49,670 nucleotides of DNA, from the IMG/VR virus record IMGVR_UViG_3300020733_000023, positions 1 to 49,670 of that record; one strand, given 5' to 3'. Of this stretch, positions 9,210 through 18,000 are shown one piece after another. Position numbers and translations under genes: made by a program. The notes beneath the pieces were generated by a model. The model saw only the letters and a program-made list of their open reading frames with translations, ran no database searches and had not been told where the DNA came from. Source of the DNA: a virus. Its lineage: Duplodnaviria > Caudoviricetes. Numbering within the stretch: position 1 is the stretch's first letter; the number at the start of each line of letters is the position of its first letter.

Positions 9210-9237
9210 AAAAAAGGGCATTAACTGCCCTTTTTTT
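9210..9237. terminator. Bidirectional intrinsic terminator
   Basis: AAAAAA-GGGCA-ttaac-TGCCC-TTTTTTT between convergent genes. Confidence 0.85.
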
Positions 9238-9251
9238 GTGATAGTACAATC

Positions 9252-10193
9252 TTAATGATCGCCTTCACCGTCTGGGTTTGGAATACCACGAATCTTCCAA
9301 GGTGCAGTATTTGGCTCTGAGTGGAATGTTATCGCATTATTAACTGATGTTACTGCATTAATTAATGGTAAGCTCAGAGTTACTTGTTTCTTTCCAGCAT
9401 CAATTGAAACTACATTAGTTACATAATTTTGAAAAACTTGAGTCACATCATGTAATGTAGTAGATACATCCATACCTTCTTGGATACCAGTAACATCGGC
9501 AACCTGTATTACAGTCTGACCAACAGTATTAATTGGTGCAGCAGCTGAGGTATCAATTGTTGTTTTAACATTGTCAACAGCACCGTGAACACCTGGCAAA
9601 TCTCTAAGTTTTTGACGATATGTTTCCCATGCAGTTTTAACACTGTCAGGTGTATCATCAGCAAGTGCAGCATGATCGCTATGATATAGCAAGCTAGTAC
9701 GCCACATGCGGATACCTGCCCAAGTCATATGTGGTTGCTTCCATGGATACGGAGTAGTAAATGCCTGTGCATTAAAATCATAAACCATATCATTAATTTC
9801 GTATGTATGATGTGGATCTGGTTGAGCATGGCGCTCATAGATAGAGCCATCTGGCAATGTTTCTTGGATAGTTGGCTGCGCACTAGGATCTGGATGATGC
9901 TCTGCTGGCATACCGCCAACTAGCACGGCCAATAATGGATCTTTAGCACAATCGATATCTACACGAGCTTGATCAAGTGGAACTGGAACTTCTGATCCAT
10001 CGTGACCATCATGTAGAGGAGCACGCCTATCCCATTTACCAGTTACTTTGTCAACGAAAATATATAGTGTATCAGGCCCTACGTATGTATATGTGCCCTT
10101 CTTACCTAGTGTATTTGTCTGCGCTAGATAATCGTCTGGCATGTCATAGGTAAAAGGTACTGTAATTGTTGTTACATTGTTCATGTCAGCCAT
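9252..10193 (-). CDS. Tail fibre assembly chaperone-like protein with N-terminal extension and an inserted beta module
   Basis: MTW.GIR..R..LL..SD......P.....AW..YRQ.LRDLP motif of phage tail assembly chaperones; paralog of 11764..12480. Confidence 0.7.
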   Translation of the reverse strand: MADMNNVTTITVPFTYDMPDDYLAQTNTLGKKGTYTYVGPDTLYIFVDKVTGKWDRRAPLHDGHDGSEVPVPLDQARVDIDCAKDPLLAVLVGGMPAEHHPDPSAQPTIQETLPDGSIYERHAQPDPHHTYEINDMVYDFNAQAFTTPYPWKQPHMTWAGIRMWRTSLLYHSDHAALADDTPDSVKTAWETYRQKLRDLPGVHGAVDNVKTTIDTSAAAPINTVGQTVIQVADVTGIQEGMDVSTTLHDVTQVFQNYVTNVVSIDAGKKQVTLSLPLINAVTSVNNAITFHSEPNTAPWKIRGIPNPDGEGDH

Positions 10194-10198
10194 TTAAA

Positions 10199-10951
10199 TT
10201 AACCCCATGTTACTGAAACTAAGCCGCCTGCGCCCCATTGGCCGCACCAGCAGTTGTTGTTTTGACTCTGTGCTGATAGTCCGCCCCCGCCTGGAAAGAA
10301 CGCACATGGCATGCATGAGCACCCACCATTTACACAACCTGTAGGCCCAATTTGTGGACCCGAAGCTGTTGCTGGAGCTAGAGCACTAAATTGTTGTCCA
10401 AACTGATAGCAGTTTTGTACGTTAATGTTGCTACCGCCGTTACCAGCAATACCGTAAGAAGCGCCATAGAATGCCGATAAACAGTGTGCGCCGTGCATAA
10501 TATTACAGATATAGCAGTTTTGGAACATAAAACACTGTGTACAACCATAAGAACCGCCAGTTGCACAGAAGTTACTTAGACCTGGGCCTTGGACCCATGT
10601 TGTGTTACCACCGTAACCGCCTGTACCAGGTGAAATACATGTTGAACTAGCAGCACAGATTGTGTATGTACAACCTGCATAAGTAGTCAAGTTAACTGTT
10701 TGAACAGCATATGCACCTGCACCTGCACCCGGGCCTGATTGGCAGCAGCATGAACCTGCACCACCGCCTCCACCACCCCAAATTTCAAAAGTTACCCAGC
10801 TAGCGTTGTTAGGAACGGTCCATGCACAGCACTGCCCGCCATTATTTAGGGAACCTTGTGATGTGTTATATACTAAAAATTCTCTTGGATAATTATTACC
10901 CTGTGTTGCTGGAATCGTATATGCTAAAGTTGATAAATTTACTGTTGCCAT
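10199..10951 (-). CDS. Cys/Gly-rich fibre-associated protein (Gly-rich domain)
   Basis: WTVP....WVTFEIWGGGGGG, GAGAYA, YTICA, ATGG, FPGGGG, GAGGLVSV skeleton typical of phage Gly-rich fibre domains; 21 Cys in 250 aa by manual count. Confidence 0.7.
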   Translation of the reverse strand: MATVNLSTLAYTIPATQGNNYPREFLVYNTSQGSLNNGGQCCAWTVPNNASWVTFEIWGGGGGGAGSCCCQSGPGAGAGAYAVQTVNLTTYAGCTYTICAASSTCISPGTGGYGGNTTWVQGPGLSNFCATGGSYGCTQCFMFQNCYICNIMHGAHCLSAFYGASYGIAGNGGSNINVQNCYQFGQQFSALAPATASGPQIGPTGCVNGGCSCMPCAFFPGGGGLSAQSQNNNCWCGQWGAGGLVSVTWG

Positions 10952-10964
10952 TTATGTTCTGCCC

Positions 10965-11750
10965 TTATCTGTATGTTACTGTAACAAGACCGCCAGCACC
11001 CATACCACCGCAACAGCAGTTACCACCCTGTACGCTAGCGCCTGACATACCGCCTCCTGGGAACACAGCGTAAGCTGTACCGCAGTTGAATGATGTCATC
11101 ATTTGATTACCCGACAATGCTTGACAGAAATCCATAGTAATTTGTACGCCAGCACCGATGTATGTTGGTCCTGGCACATACGCATATGAGTCATAGCCGC
11201 AGTTACTTAAACGAGTTCCACCGCGTGAGCCGCAAACACCAAAGTCATGTCCGCAAAGTGCACCGTATTGGCAAGCTGAGCATGAACAGCATGACCCAAA
11301 ACCAAAGAAACATCCGGTTGAGCCCCAATACCCGCCTGATGCGCATAAGTTGAGCTGTACCTGTGTTGTACCGTTGCTTTGTACCCAGCTGTCATAGCCT
11401 TGTTGTCCACAGCATGGGCCTTGGCAACTACCGTTACCACCTGCACAAATTGTAAATTGATTACCTGGAGTTACCGGAATTGTTCTTCTAGCATAGCTGC
11501 CTGAGCCACCTGGATAACATGGTTGTTCGCAGCAGCAAGCACCACCGCCTGATCCACCGCCACCCCATACTTCAAACTTAGCCCAACATACACCTGCTGG
11601 TACTGTCCATAAACAACATTGTCCACCATTACAAAGTGAGTTTAAGCTAGTATTGTAAACGTTAAATGTTGAATAGGTATTAGTTAAGCCTGCTGAGGTA
11701 GTAGAATATCGAGTGTCTGGGAATAAAACTGTTAAGTTAACTGTTGCCAT
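10965..11750 (-). CDS. Cys/Gly-rich fibre-associated protein (paralog)
   Basis: Same skeleton (CCLWTVP, FEVWGGGGSG, CCC, GSGSYA, GAGGLVTVTY); 26 Cys in 261 aa by manual count. Confidence 0.7.
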   Translation of the reverse strand: MATVNLTVLFPDTRYSTTSAGLTNTYSTFNVYNTSLNSLCNGGQCCLWTVPAGVCWAKFEVWGGGGSGGGACCCEQPCYPGGSGSYARRTIPVTPGNQFTICAGGNGSCQGPCCGQQGYDSWVQSNGTTQVQLNLCASGGYWGSTGCFFGFGSCCSCSACQYGALCGHDFGVCGSRGGTRLSNCGYDSYAYVPGPTYIGAGVQITMDFCQALSGNQMMTSFNCGTAYAVFPGGGMSGASVQGGNCCCGGMGAGGLVTVTYR

Positions 11751-11763
11751 TTAAATATACCTT

Positions 11764-12480
11764 TTAAGCACTTGGGTGTTCAGGAAGTTGTACTTTCCAT
11801 GGATCGATACCTTTCCACACTTCTGGTAAATCTCTTAGATCTTTACGGAACTGCTCCCATGCTGGAACTTCAGCTGGATTACAGGTACGTACCTTCATAT
11901 CTGACCATTTCAACATATTATTACGAGCAGCTCTGATACCATCCCATGTCATGTGTGGGTCTTTTAATACTGTTAAGGGCTTGAATTTTTCAGCTACTGG
12001 ATCCCATTCAATTTCACTTATTTCATAGCAGTGATCTGGAGGTGTTGGAATCGGTGCGCCGTATGTTTTACCGTTTGGTAAAGGCTCCTCTGTATGAGGC
12101 AATGTACCGTAGTCTAAATCATTGTAGATGATGCTGGCAACTAGTGGTTCTTTAGTTGGATCAATAGCAATTTTAGTTTCGTTTGGTGGAGTTGGAATTA
12201 AATGTCCATCGTCACCTTCGTGATAGTGAAATTTACCTTCTAATTTCATTGTATCGTTTTTAACAAATACGTAAAGTGTTTTAGGACCTGAATATGTCCA
12301 TTTAGCTTTTAAGCCTTTAGACATTGACTGACTTAGGTACTCGTCAGGTACAGCGTATTCAAACTCAAATGTGATACGTTCGAACCGATCAGGAGCTGGT
12401 GCTGGAGTAGGAGCTGCTGCTGCCGCTGCTGCTGCCTGTTCCGGACTTAAACTTGCTAATGCTAAATTATTATCTGCCAT
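11764..12480 (-). CDS. Tail fibre assembly chaperone-like protein
   Basis: MTWDGIRAARNNMLKWSD...W..FR..LRDLP; N-terminal domain homologous to 9252..10193; Ala/Pro-rich N-terminal tail. Confidence 0.7.
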   Translation of the reverse strand: MADNNLALASLSPEQAAAAAAAAPTPAPAPDRFERITFEFEYAVPDEYLSQSMSKGLKAKWTYSGPKTLYVFVKNDTMKLEGKFHYHEGDDGHLIPTPPNETKIAIDPTKEPLVASIIYNDLDYGTLPHTEEPLPNGKTYGAPIPTPPDHCYEISEIEWDPVAEKFKPLTVLKDPHMTWDGIRAARNNMLKWSDMKVRTCNPAEVPAWEQFRKDLRDLPEVWKGIDPWKVQLPEHPSA

Positions 12481-12498
12481 TTTCTTAAATTCCTTTTA

Positions 12499-13293
12499 TT
12501 AACCCCAAGTTACTACAACCATGCCGCCCATGCCCCAGCTACCCCAGCAGCAACCGCCACCGCAGCCTTCACCAGCAATTCCAGGGCTACCTGGACCTGA
12601 GCATGGTGTGACAGGAGTATAGCTACCGACCATCATGCAGCCTGAGTGTGCCATACCAATTGTACAAATATCAAATGTATGACAGCTATTATTACTTAAT
12701 TTTGGTGTACCAGCTTGCCATGTATAGCTATACTGTGTACAATAGTTTGAATCTTTTTGTGTACTTTGAATAGATGGAACAACGAAATCGCCCGAACTAC
12801 TAGAACATCCCGATGTAAACATCGCTACGCAAACACCAGTACAGTTGTTGAAACCACCGTGCCAGCATAGACCGCAGCCGCCTGCGCCACCTGTTGCACA
12901 AGCAGCAGTTGTTGAGTTACCAGCACACACTACGAAACTAGGGAATCCGCAGGTACCGCAACAGTTAACTTGGCAACAGCCTGAGCCGCCTGCACAAATA
13001 ATGTAACCGCAACCAGCTGCTGTTTGTAAAGTCTTTTTAGCGTATGCGCCACCACCGGGGCCATTATAGGCACCCATACAGCAGCAACCACCAGGGCCGT
13101 CGCCACCACCACCAAACAATTCAAACTGTATCCACGATGCACCAACACCACTAGGTATTGAGAAGCAACAACAAACTCCGCCGTTTTGCGTACCAGTCGA
13201 GCCGTTATAAACCACAAATACGTTTTGCTTGTATTGTTGAGCCGCAGAACTCGTGCTGTTAACTAATAATTGTCCAAGTCCAACTGTAGCCAT
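12499..13293 (-). CDS. Cys/Gly-rich fibre-associated protein (paralog)
   Basis: NGGVCCC, FELFGGGGDG, CCC, GGGAYA, ICAGG, G.GGMVVVTWG; 28 Cys in 264 aa by manual count. Confidence 0.7.
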   Translation of the reverse strand: MATVGLGQLLVNSTSSAAQQYKQNVFVVYNGSTGTQNGGVCCCFSIPSGVGASWIQFELFGGGGDGPGGCCCMGAYNGPGGGAYAKKTLQTAAGCGYIICAGGSGCCQVNCCGTCGFPSFVVCAGNSTTAACATGGAGGCGLCWHGGFNNCTGVCVAMFTSGCSSSSGDFVVPSIQSTQKDSNYCTQYSYTWQAGTPKLSNNSCHTFDICTIGMAHSGCMMVGSYTPVTPCSGPGSPGIAGEGCGGGCCWGSWGMGGMVVVTWG

Positions 13294-13321
13294 TTAATTT
13301 TGCCCTTTAATCTTTTTTATA

Positions 13322-13642
13322 TTAACGTGTAATATACCAGCCGTAAGCTGCTGAAAATACAAGTGTTACTGTTGTGTTATTAACGTTTAGCGAAACGTTC
13401 TGCACTGAACCTTGAATAGATGCACCGTTACTGTTTAGTGTAACAGGTGATCCGCCAAAGTTTCCTTGGATGTCAACGATCTGAATTGTGTCGCCTTCAA
13501 CGCTTGCAGCAGGCGCAGGCAATGTAATTGTAAAACCGCCTGCTGTGCAGACAATTCTATCGTTGGCCAATGCTGAATAGGTACTAGAAATGTATCTAGT
13601 AGTTCCAGTTTGTGCGCCAGTTGTTGTAATATTGCGTCCCAT
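13322..13642 (-). CDS. Small virion fibre-domain protein
   Basis: FTITLP.P....GD.I.IVD..G.F...PVT...NG..I.G....V.L......VTLVF.....W pattern common in phage fibre proteins; GGA RBS. Confidence 0.65.
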   Translation of the reverse strand: MGRNITTTGAQTGTTRYISSTYSALANDRIVCTAGGFTITLPAPAASVEGDTIQIVDIQGNFGGSPVTLNSNGASIQGSVQNVSLNVNNTTVTLVFSAAYGWYITR

Positions 13643-13660
13643 AGTTTTTCCTTTAACTTA

Positions 13661-13990
13661 TTACGTAGTAGATGATTCAATGCCGTAAGCATATGCTGTT
13701 ACTAATGCTGAACTGGCCCATACTACAATGTTTGCGCCAGCGTCTGCAATAATACCTGTTCTTTCAAGCACTTGGTTACCGGTCAATACGGTGTTATATT
13801 CAAGCCACTCAGAACCGATTGGAGCACCTACGTTAGCAGTAGCACTTACTGATAGTCTAATGCTTACTTGAGTGTTTGCTCTGTTAACAAAGTTAACAGA
13901 AATCGCTGTATAGGTGTTTGCCGGTACAGTATATAAATTTGTATAAGTAGCAGCCGCTAAATCAGCTTGCCCTAATCTTCCTGTTGCCAT
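13661..13990 (-). CDS. Small virion structural protein (adaptor-like), paralog of 14743..15072
   Basis: MATGRLG, Y.V.A..Y, EW/Y.E..T.L.GN.V.ERTG..A.A, YGIE.ST shared with 14743..15072; GGAG RBS. Confidence 0.7.
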   Translation of the reverse strand: MATGRLGQADLAAATYTNLYTVPANTYTAISVNFVNRANTQVSIRLSVSATANVGAPIGSEWLEYNTVLTGNQVLERTGIIADAGANIVVWASSALVTAYAYGIESSTT

Positions 13991-14017
13991 GTGTTGATTC
14001 TCCGTATTCTCTTATGT

Positions 14018-14026
14018 TATTTATGC
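14018..14026 (-). promoter_or_regulatory. T4-like late promoter
   Basis: GCATAAATA on - strand in the intergenic gap upstream of 13990. Confidence 0.65.
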
Positions 14027-14054
14027 TTTTTGAACGTTACCTGATATTTTTATA

Positions 14055-14714
14055 TTAGACTCCAAAACCACTGGCGCTTGAAATAAAGAACTCAGAAGCT
14101 GTAACTTTTCTAGCGATCCTGTCAACATAGCACTTGTTAGCAACTTGTGTTAATAGTGTAGGTTGGGCAACGATCGTAGCACAGGTAAATGTTGCTGCAA
14201 CCGCGCAGTTAGCACCAATAATGATGTTATCCATAGATCCTGTTGTACCGCTATTAATTGTTGTTATACCAGCACCAGTTGGGAATATTGTTACGTTAAA
14301 TCCTGATGGTGTTAGTGCAGTTGTGCTAGTAGTTGTTAGTTCTGTGGCTGTTTTTGGGCCACCTACGCTGGCAATAATCACATAATTTGTGCCATCTGAA
14401 ACGATTCTGATTGAAGAATTAGGTTCCATGGTAAATGTTGCAGCCCCAGGTGCACCTTGTCCAGTTGGAGTTGTAGTAGCGGTACCAACACCAATACCTT
14501 GGAATGTAGCAGTACCGCCAGCTTGTAGTGTTACCACACCAGTTGTAGCATTATAAAACTGTTGCTGTTGACCTGGATATAGTACTGGGTTTGGTAGAGT
14601 TACTGTGTAGGGTGGAGTACCAGTAAATTTTGTGAACACCCCTTGATATGGTGCTCCTACGGTCGCAGTGGTATTGATTACTTGCGACTGGGTTGCGGTA
14701 TTATAACGAGCCAT
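14055..14714 (-). CDS. Short fibre-like virion protein
   Basis: YTVTLP.P..YPG....FYN domain, SDGTNY, IIG....AATFT and ANK.YVD fibre motifs. Confidence 0.65.
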   Translation of the reverse strand: MARYNTATQSQVINTTATVGAPYQGVFTKFTGTPPYTVTLPNPVLYPGQQQQFYNATTGVVTLQAGGTATFQGIGVGTATTTPTGQGAPGAATFTMEPNSSIRIVSDGTNYVIIASVGGPKTATELTTTSTTALTPSGFNVTIFPTGAGITTINSGTTGSMDNIIIGANCAVAATFTCATIVAQPTLLTQVANKCYVDRIARKVTASEFFISSASGFGV

Positions 14715-14732
14715 GTTTTTTCCTAGTTCTTA

Positions 14733-14740
14733 TATTTATC
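14733..14740 (-). promoter_or_regulatory. T4-like late promoter
   Basis: GATAAATA on - strand upstream of the AGGA RBS of 14714. Confidence 0.6.
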
Positions 14741-14742
14741 TA

Positions 14743-15072
14743 TTATGATGTTGATGTTTCAATACCATAAACCGTAACGTTTACAGCAGAACCTGGTGTT
14801 GTAACCCAAACATTATAGTTTGCTCCAGCCACTAAACCAGTACGTTCAAATACACCGTTACCGATCAATGTTGTACCAAACTCAATATATTCGCTAGGTA
14901 GCACATTACCTGCAACGGTAGCTGTACTTAGAGCTATACTAAATGTTGTGCTAGTTGTTGCTGTATTTGTTATTGAAACGTTGAATACTGAATAGTAACC
15001 AGCTGTAACTGCGTAAACGCTAGTTAAGGTACTTGCTACTAGTTGGGTATTTCCTAATCTTCCTGTTGCCAT
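14743..15072 (-). CDS. Small virion structural protein (adaptor-like)
   Basis: MATGRLG start, ERTGLV, VYGIETST; paralog of 13661..13990. Confidence 0.7.
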   Translation of the reverse strand: MATGRLGNTQLVASTLTSVYAVTAGYYSVFNVSITNTATTSTTFSIALSTATVAGNVLPSEYIEFGTTLIGNGVFERTGLVAGANYNVWVTTPGSAVNVTVYGIETSTS

Positions 15073-15094
15073 GTTATTTCTTCCTTTTTAATTT

Positions 15095-18000
15095 TTATCT
15101 TTGCATAAAGAACGGCATTGCTACTGCTGCACCGTCAATACCACCCACAAAGTTCATCTTTGCTTTTACCTGTATCTGTCCACCAGTTGTTGTAGTTATC
15201 ACGTTACCTGCAATAAACACAACACCAGCTGTCAGTGTATTTACGTTCAAGCTAGATTGTCCGCCACCAATTTGTGATGTAATGAAGGTCTTAATAGCTT
15301 TCTGTGTTGGTAAAATATTGTCACTATTAGCAGTGAAATATGGATCTGAACTGAAGCTGGTAATAACTGCAGATCCTGTACCAACTGTTAAGTTACCTAA
15401 CTGCAAGGATTGTAGTCCTGACAAGTTAAACGCACTAGCGTTCAATGTAGCAGTACCAGTTGCCTGTTGAACAGCAAACAATCCACCCACGTTAAAGTTA
15501 CCGTCTTGGTCAGTACTTGTAAAGAATACTCGTCCGCCGCCACTAAACAACTCTTGGTTAGCCTGGATAGCATTAGCAATATTAACATTTGGATAGTTAG
15601 TTTGCGTAAAGTTACCAGTACCAATGTACAAGAAGTCATGTCCTGTTAAACGTGTCTGACTATATTTCAATCTTGTTGTAATCAAGTCATTATGTGCAGG
15701 AGCCAAATATGTTGTTAATGATGGATTAATTTGCCATGTAGCAGTATAATTGCCAGCAGTACCTAAAATATTTGAAATAGTAACTAGTTTGTAGTATACG
15801 CCTGGTACACTTGCAAATGTTACGTTCGCGCCCGGTGTTGGGATTGAGAACATATTGCTAACATTAATAAAGCTAGCTGGTTGATACAGATCGCTGAAGC
15901 CGTCGCCTGTTACAGTAGCATTTGAAGTAACGTTATTATTACCTCTGTTAGTAAATGCTGGGTTACCTAATACGCCATTTCCAGTTCTAACTCTAATGCT
16001 TGCTGCTCTAGTCTTGTTAACGTCAGTAATTGTAAAGATTGGTCCTGAGGTGTAAGTAGCACTTAATGTTGCTGCCGACAATCCAACTGGAGCCAATGAT
16101 CCACTAGTTAATGTTACTGCAAAACTTGTGCTTGAAATACTGCCAGTGATTGGATAGTACTGTGTATTCAATGATAAACCGGATCCTGTTAAGGTTCCTT
16201 GGAACTCAACTGGTTGATTTGCCACTAAGTTTTCAGTATTATCAACAACTACTATACTTTGTGTAGTTGCTGCAATATTTAGACTGGTTGTAGTACCTAC
16301 TGACAGTGCAGAACCACCTACTACGTTTGATACTGTTAGTGTTGTTCCGCTAGCACTTACAACATAGTATGTTGTATTAGCTGACAAGCTACCAACAGCA
16401 CTTGCAAATGTAATTGGTTGATTTGCTACAACACCTGTGATAGTTGCAGCTACAGTAATATTTGTAGTGCTTGAACTATTTACAGTTAGTGTAACAGGAG
16501 CATATGTTGCTGATACTGCACCTTTTGGATATCCCGAACCAGGCTCAATCATACGTATTTCGCTGATTGCACCGCTAGTTACCTTTGCTCGACCTTGTGA
16601 TGTAGCACCTGTATGAATACTAGCTGCATATGTACCTGGAGTATCTGAAATTGCAACAAACAATGGATTGTTATTTGGGTTACCAAATGCTACAGCACGC
16701 CAGCTTGATGCACTTGGCAATGTCTGTGAAGTCCAATTAATACCGTCTGAGCTTGTTGCTGCCACGTTACTTGGTAAGTAGACAAAACCAGTTGCTGATG
16801 TAGCACCAATACTTGAACCTGCATCTGTATAGGTAAATGTTAGCGCACCAGTTACAGTAATAGTTGTGTTAGCGACGTCAAATCCAACTACACCTGTGCC
16901 AACGATTGTTACTGTGTTACCAGTAGTCAATCCGTGTGCTGATTGTGTTGTTAATGTAGCAATATTTGTTGCAGAACTTGCCGATGCACCAGTGACCGAT
17001 GTTGTTGCAACGCTAATACCTGTATTAGAATATGTAAATGTATTAGCACCGGTTACTGTTATAGTTACTCCGCTAGCATTAAATCCAGTTGTTGATACAC
17101 CTGAAATAGTTACTGACAATCCTGTTGTAAAGTAGTGTGGAGCACTAGTTGTGATTGTAGCAAATGCCACAGGAGTATTCGGAGTTACCGTACCTGTTGT
17201 AGCACTTGTTGTCGCTACAGAAGCATATCCAGTATTGGTAAACGTGAACGATGTTGCATTAATTACGTTAATTGAAACACCTGTTTGATCAAAACCTGTA
17301 ACACTACTTGCTGCGGTTCCTGAAATATTAACAGTATAACCTGTTAGATATCCGTGTGCAATACTTGTAACAACAGTTGATGTTGGTGTTACAAATGTTG
17401 CTGTACCTGTAGCAATCGCTGTACCTGCTGCAATTGATGCCCCAGTTGATTTCAACAAGAACACATTTGCACTTACAGGATTAACTGTAAATGTGCCATC
17501 GACAGTTAGTGTATTAGCGATAGTTACAATTGGTAGGAAGAATATCTGTGCTGTTGACATTGGTGCAATTGGGTTAGCACTTAATGTTACAGTATTAGTC
17601 TGATAGTTAATACTGAATACAGTAGTTCCCGCTGGTAAGTAACCACCTGCTAATGCTACTGTTGTACCTAGGTTGGTTGTTATCAATGGTGTTGCTAGTG
17701 TACCATACTGTGTTGCAGTGACTGTAAATGTTGTTGTTGAAGGAACTGCTAATACAAAGTAAATAGTACCACCATTTAGACCAGTATTTGCAAGACCGCT
17801 TACAGATGTTATTGCTGCTCCTGATGCATTACCTGGAACATAGGTAGAACCACCAAACGATGTACTAATTGTAAGGTTGTTACCAGTGATAGCTGTAATA
17901 TAATACGGTGTATTTGCCAACATATTACCAAATGCTGTACCGCCTGCTGTACCTGTAGCAAGACCTTGTGCTAGGATATGTACATATGGTGTACTACCTT

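Noticed and set aside
12396-12438. GCT/GGA-rich short repeats
   Set aside because: They simply encode the Ala/Pro linker AAAAAAAAPTPAPAP; not an array.
10199-13293. Cys-rich proteins as RiPP precursors or DGR targets
   Set aside because: They are ~260-aa proteins with a fibre-type Gly-rich skeleton. There is no leader/core layout, no radical SAM or lanthipeptide enzyme, no reverse transcriptase and no visible template repeat in the window.
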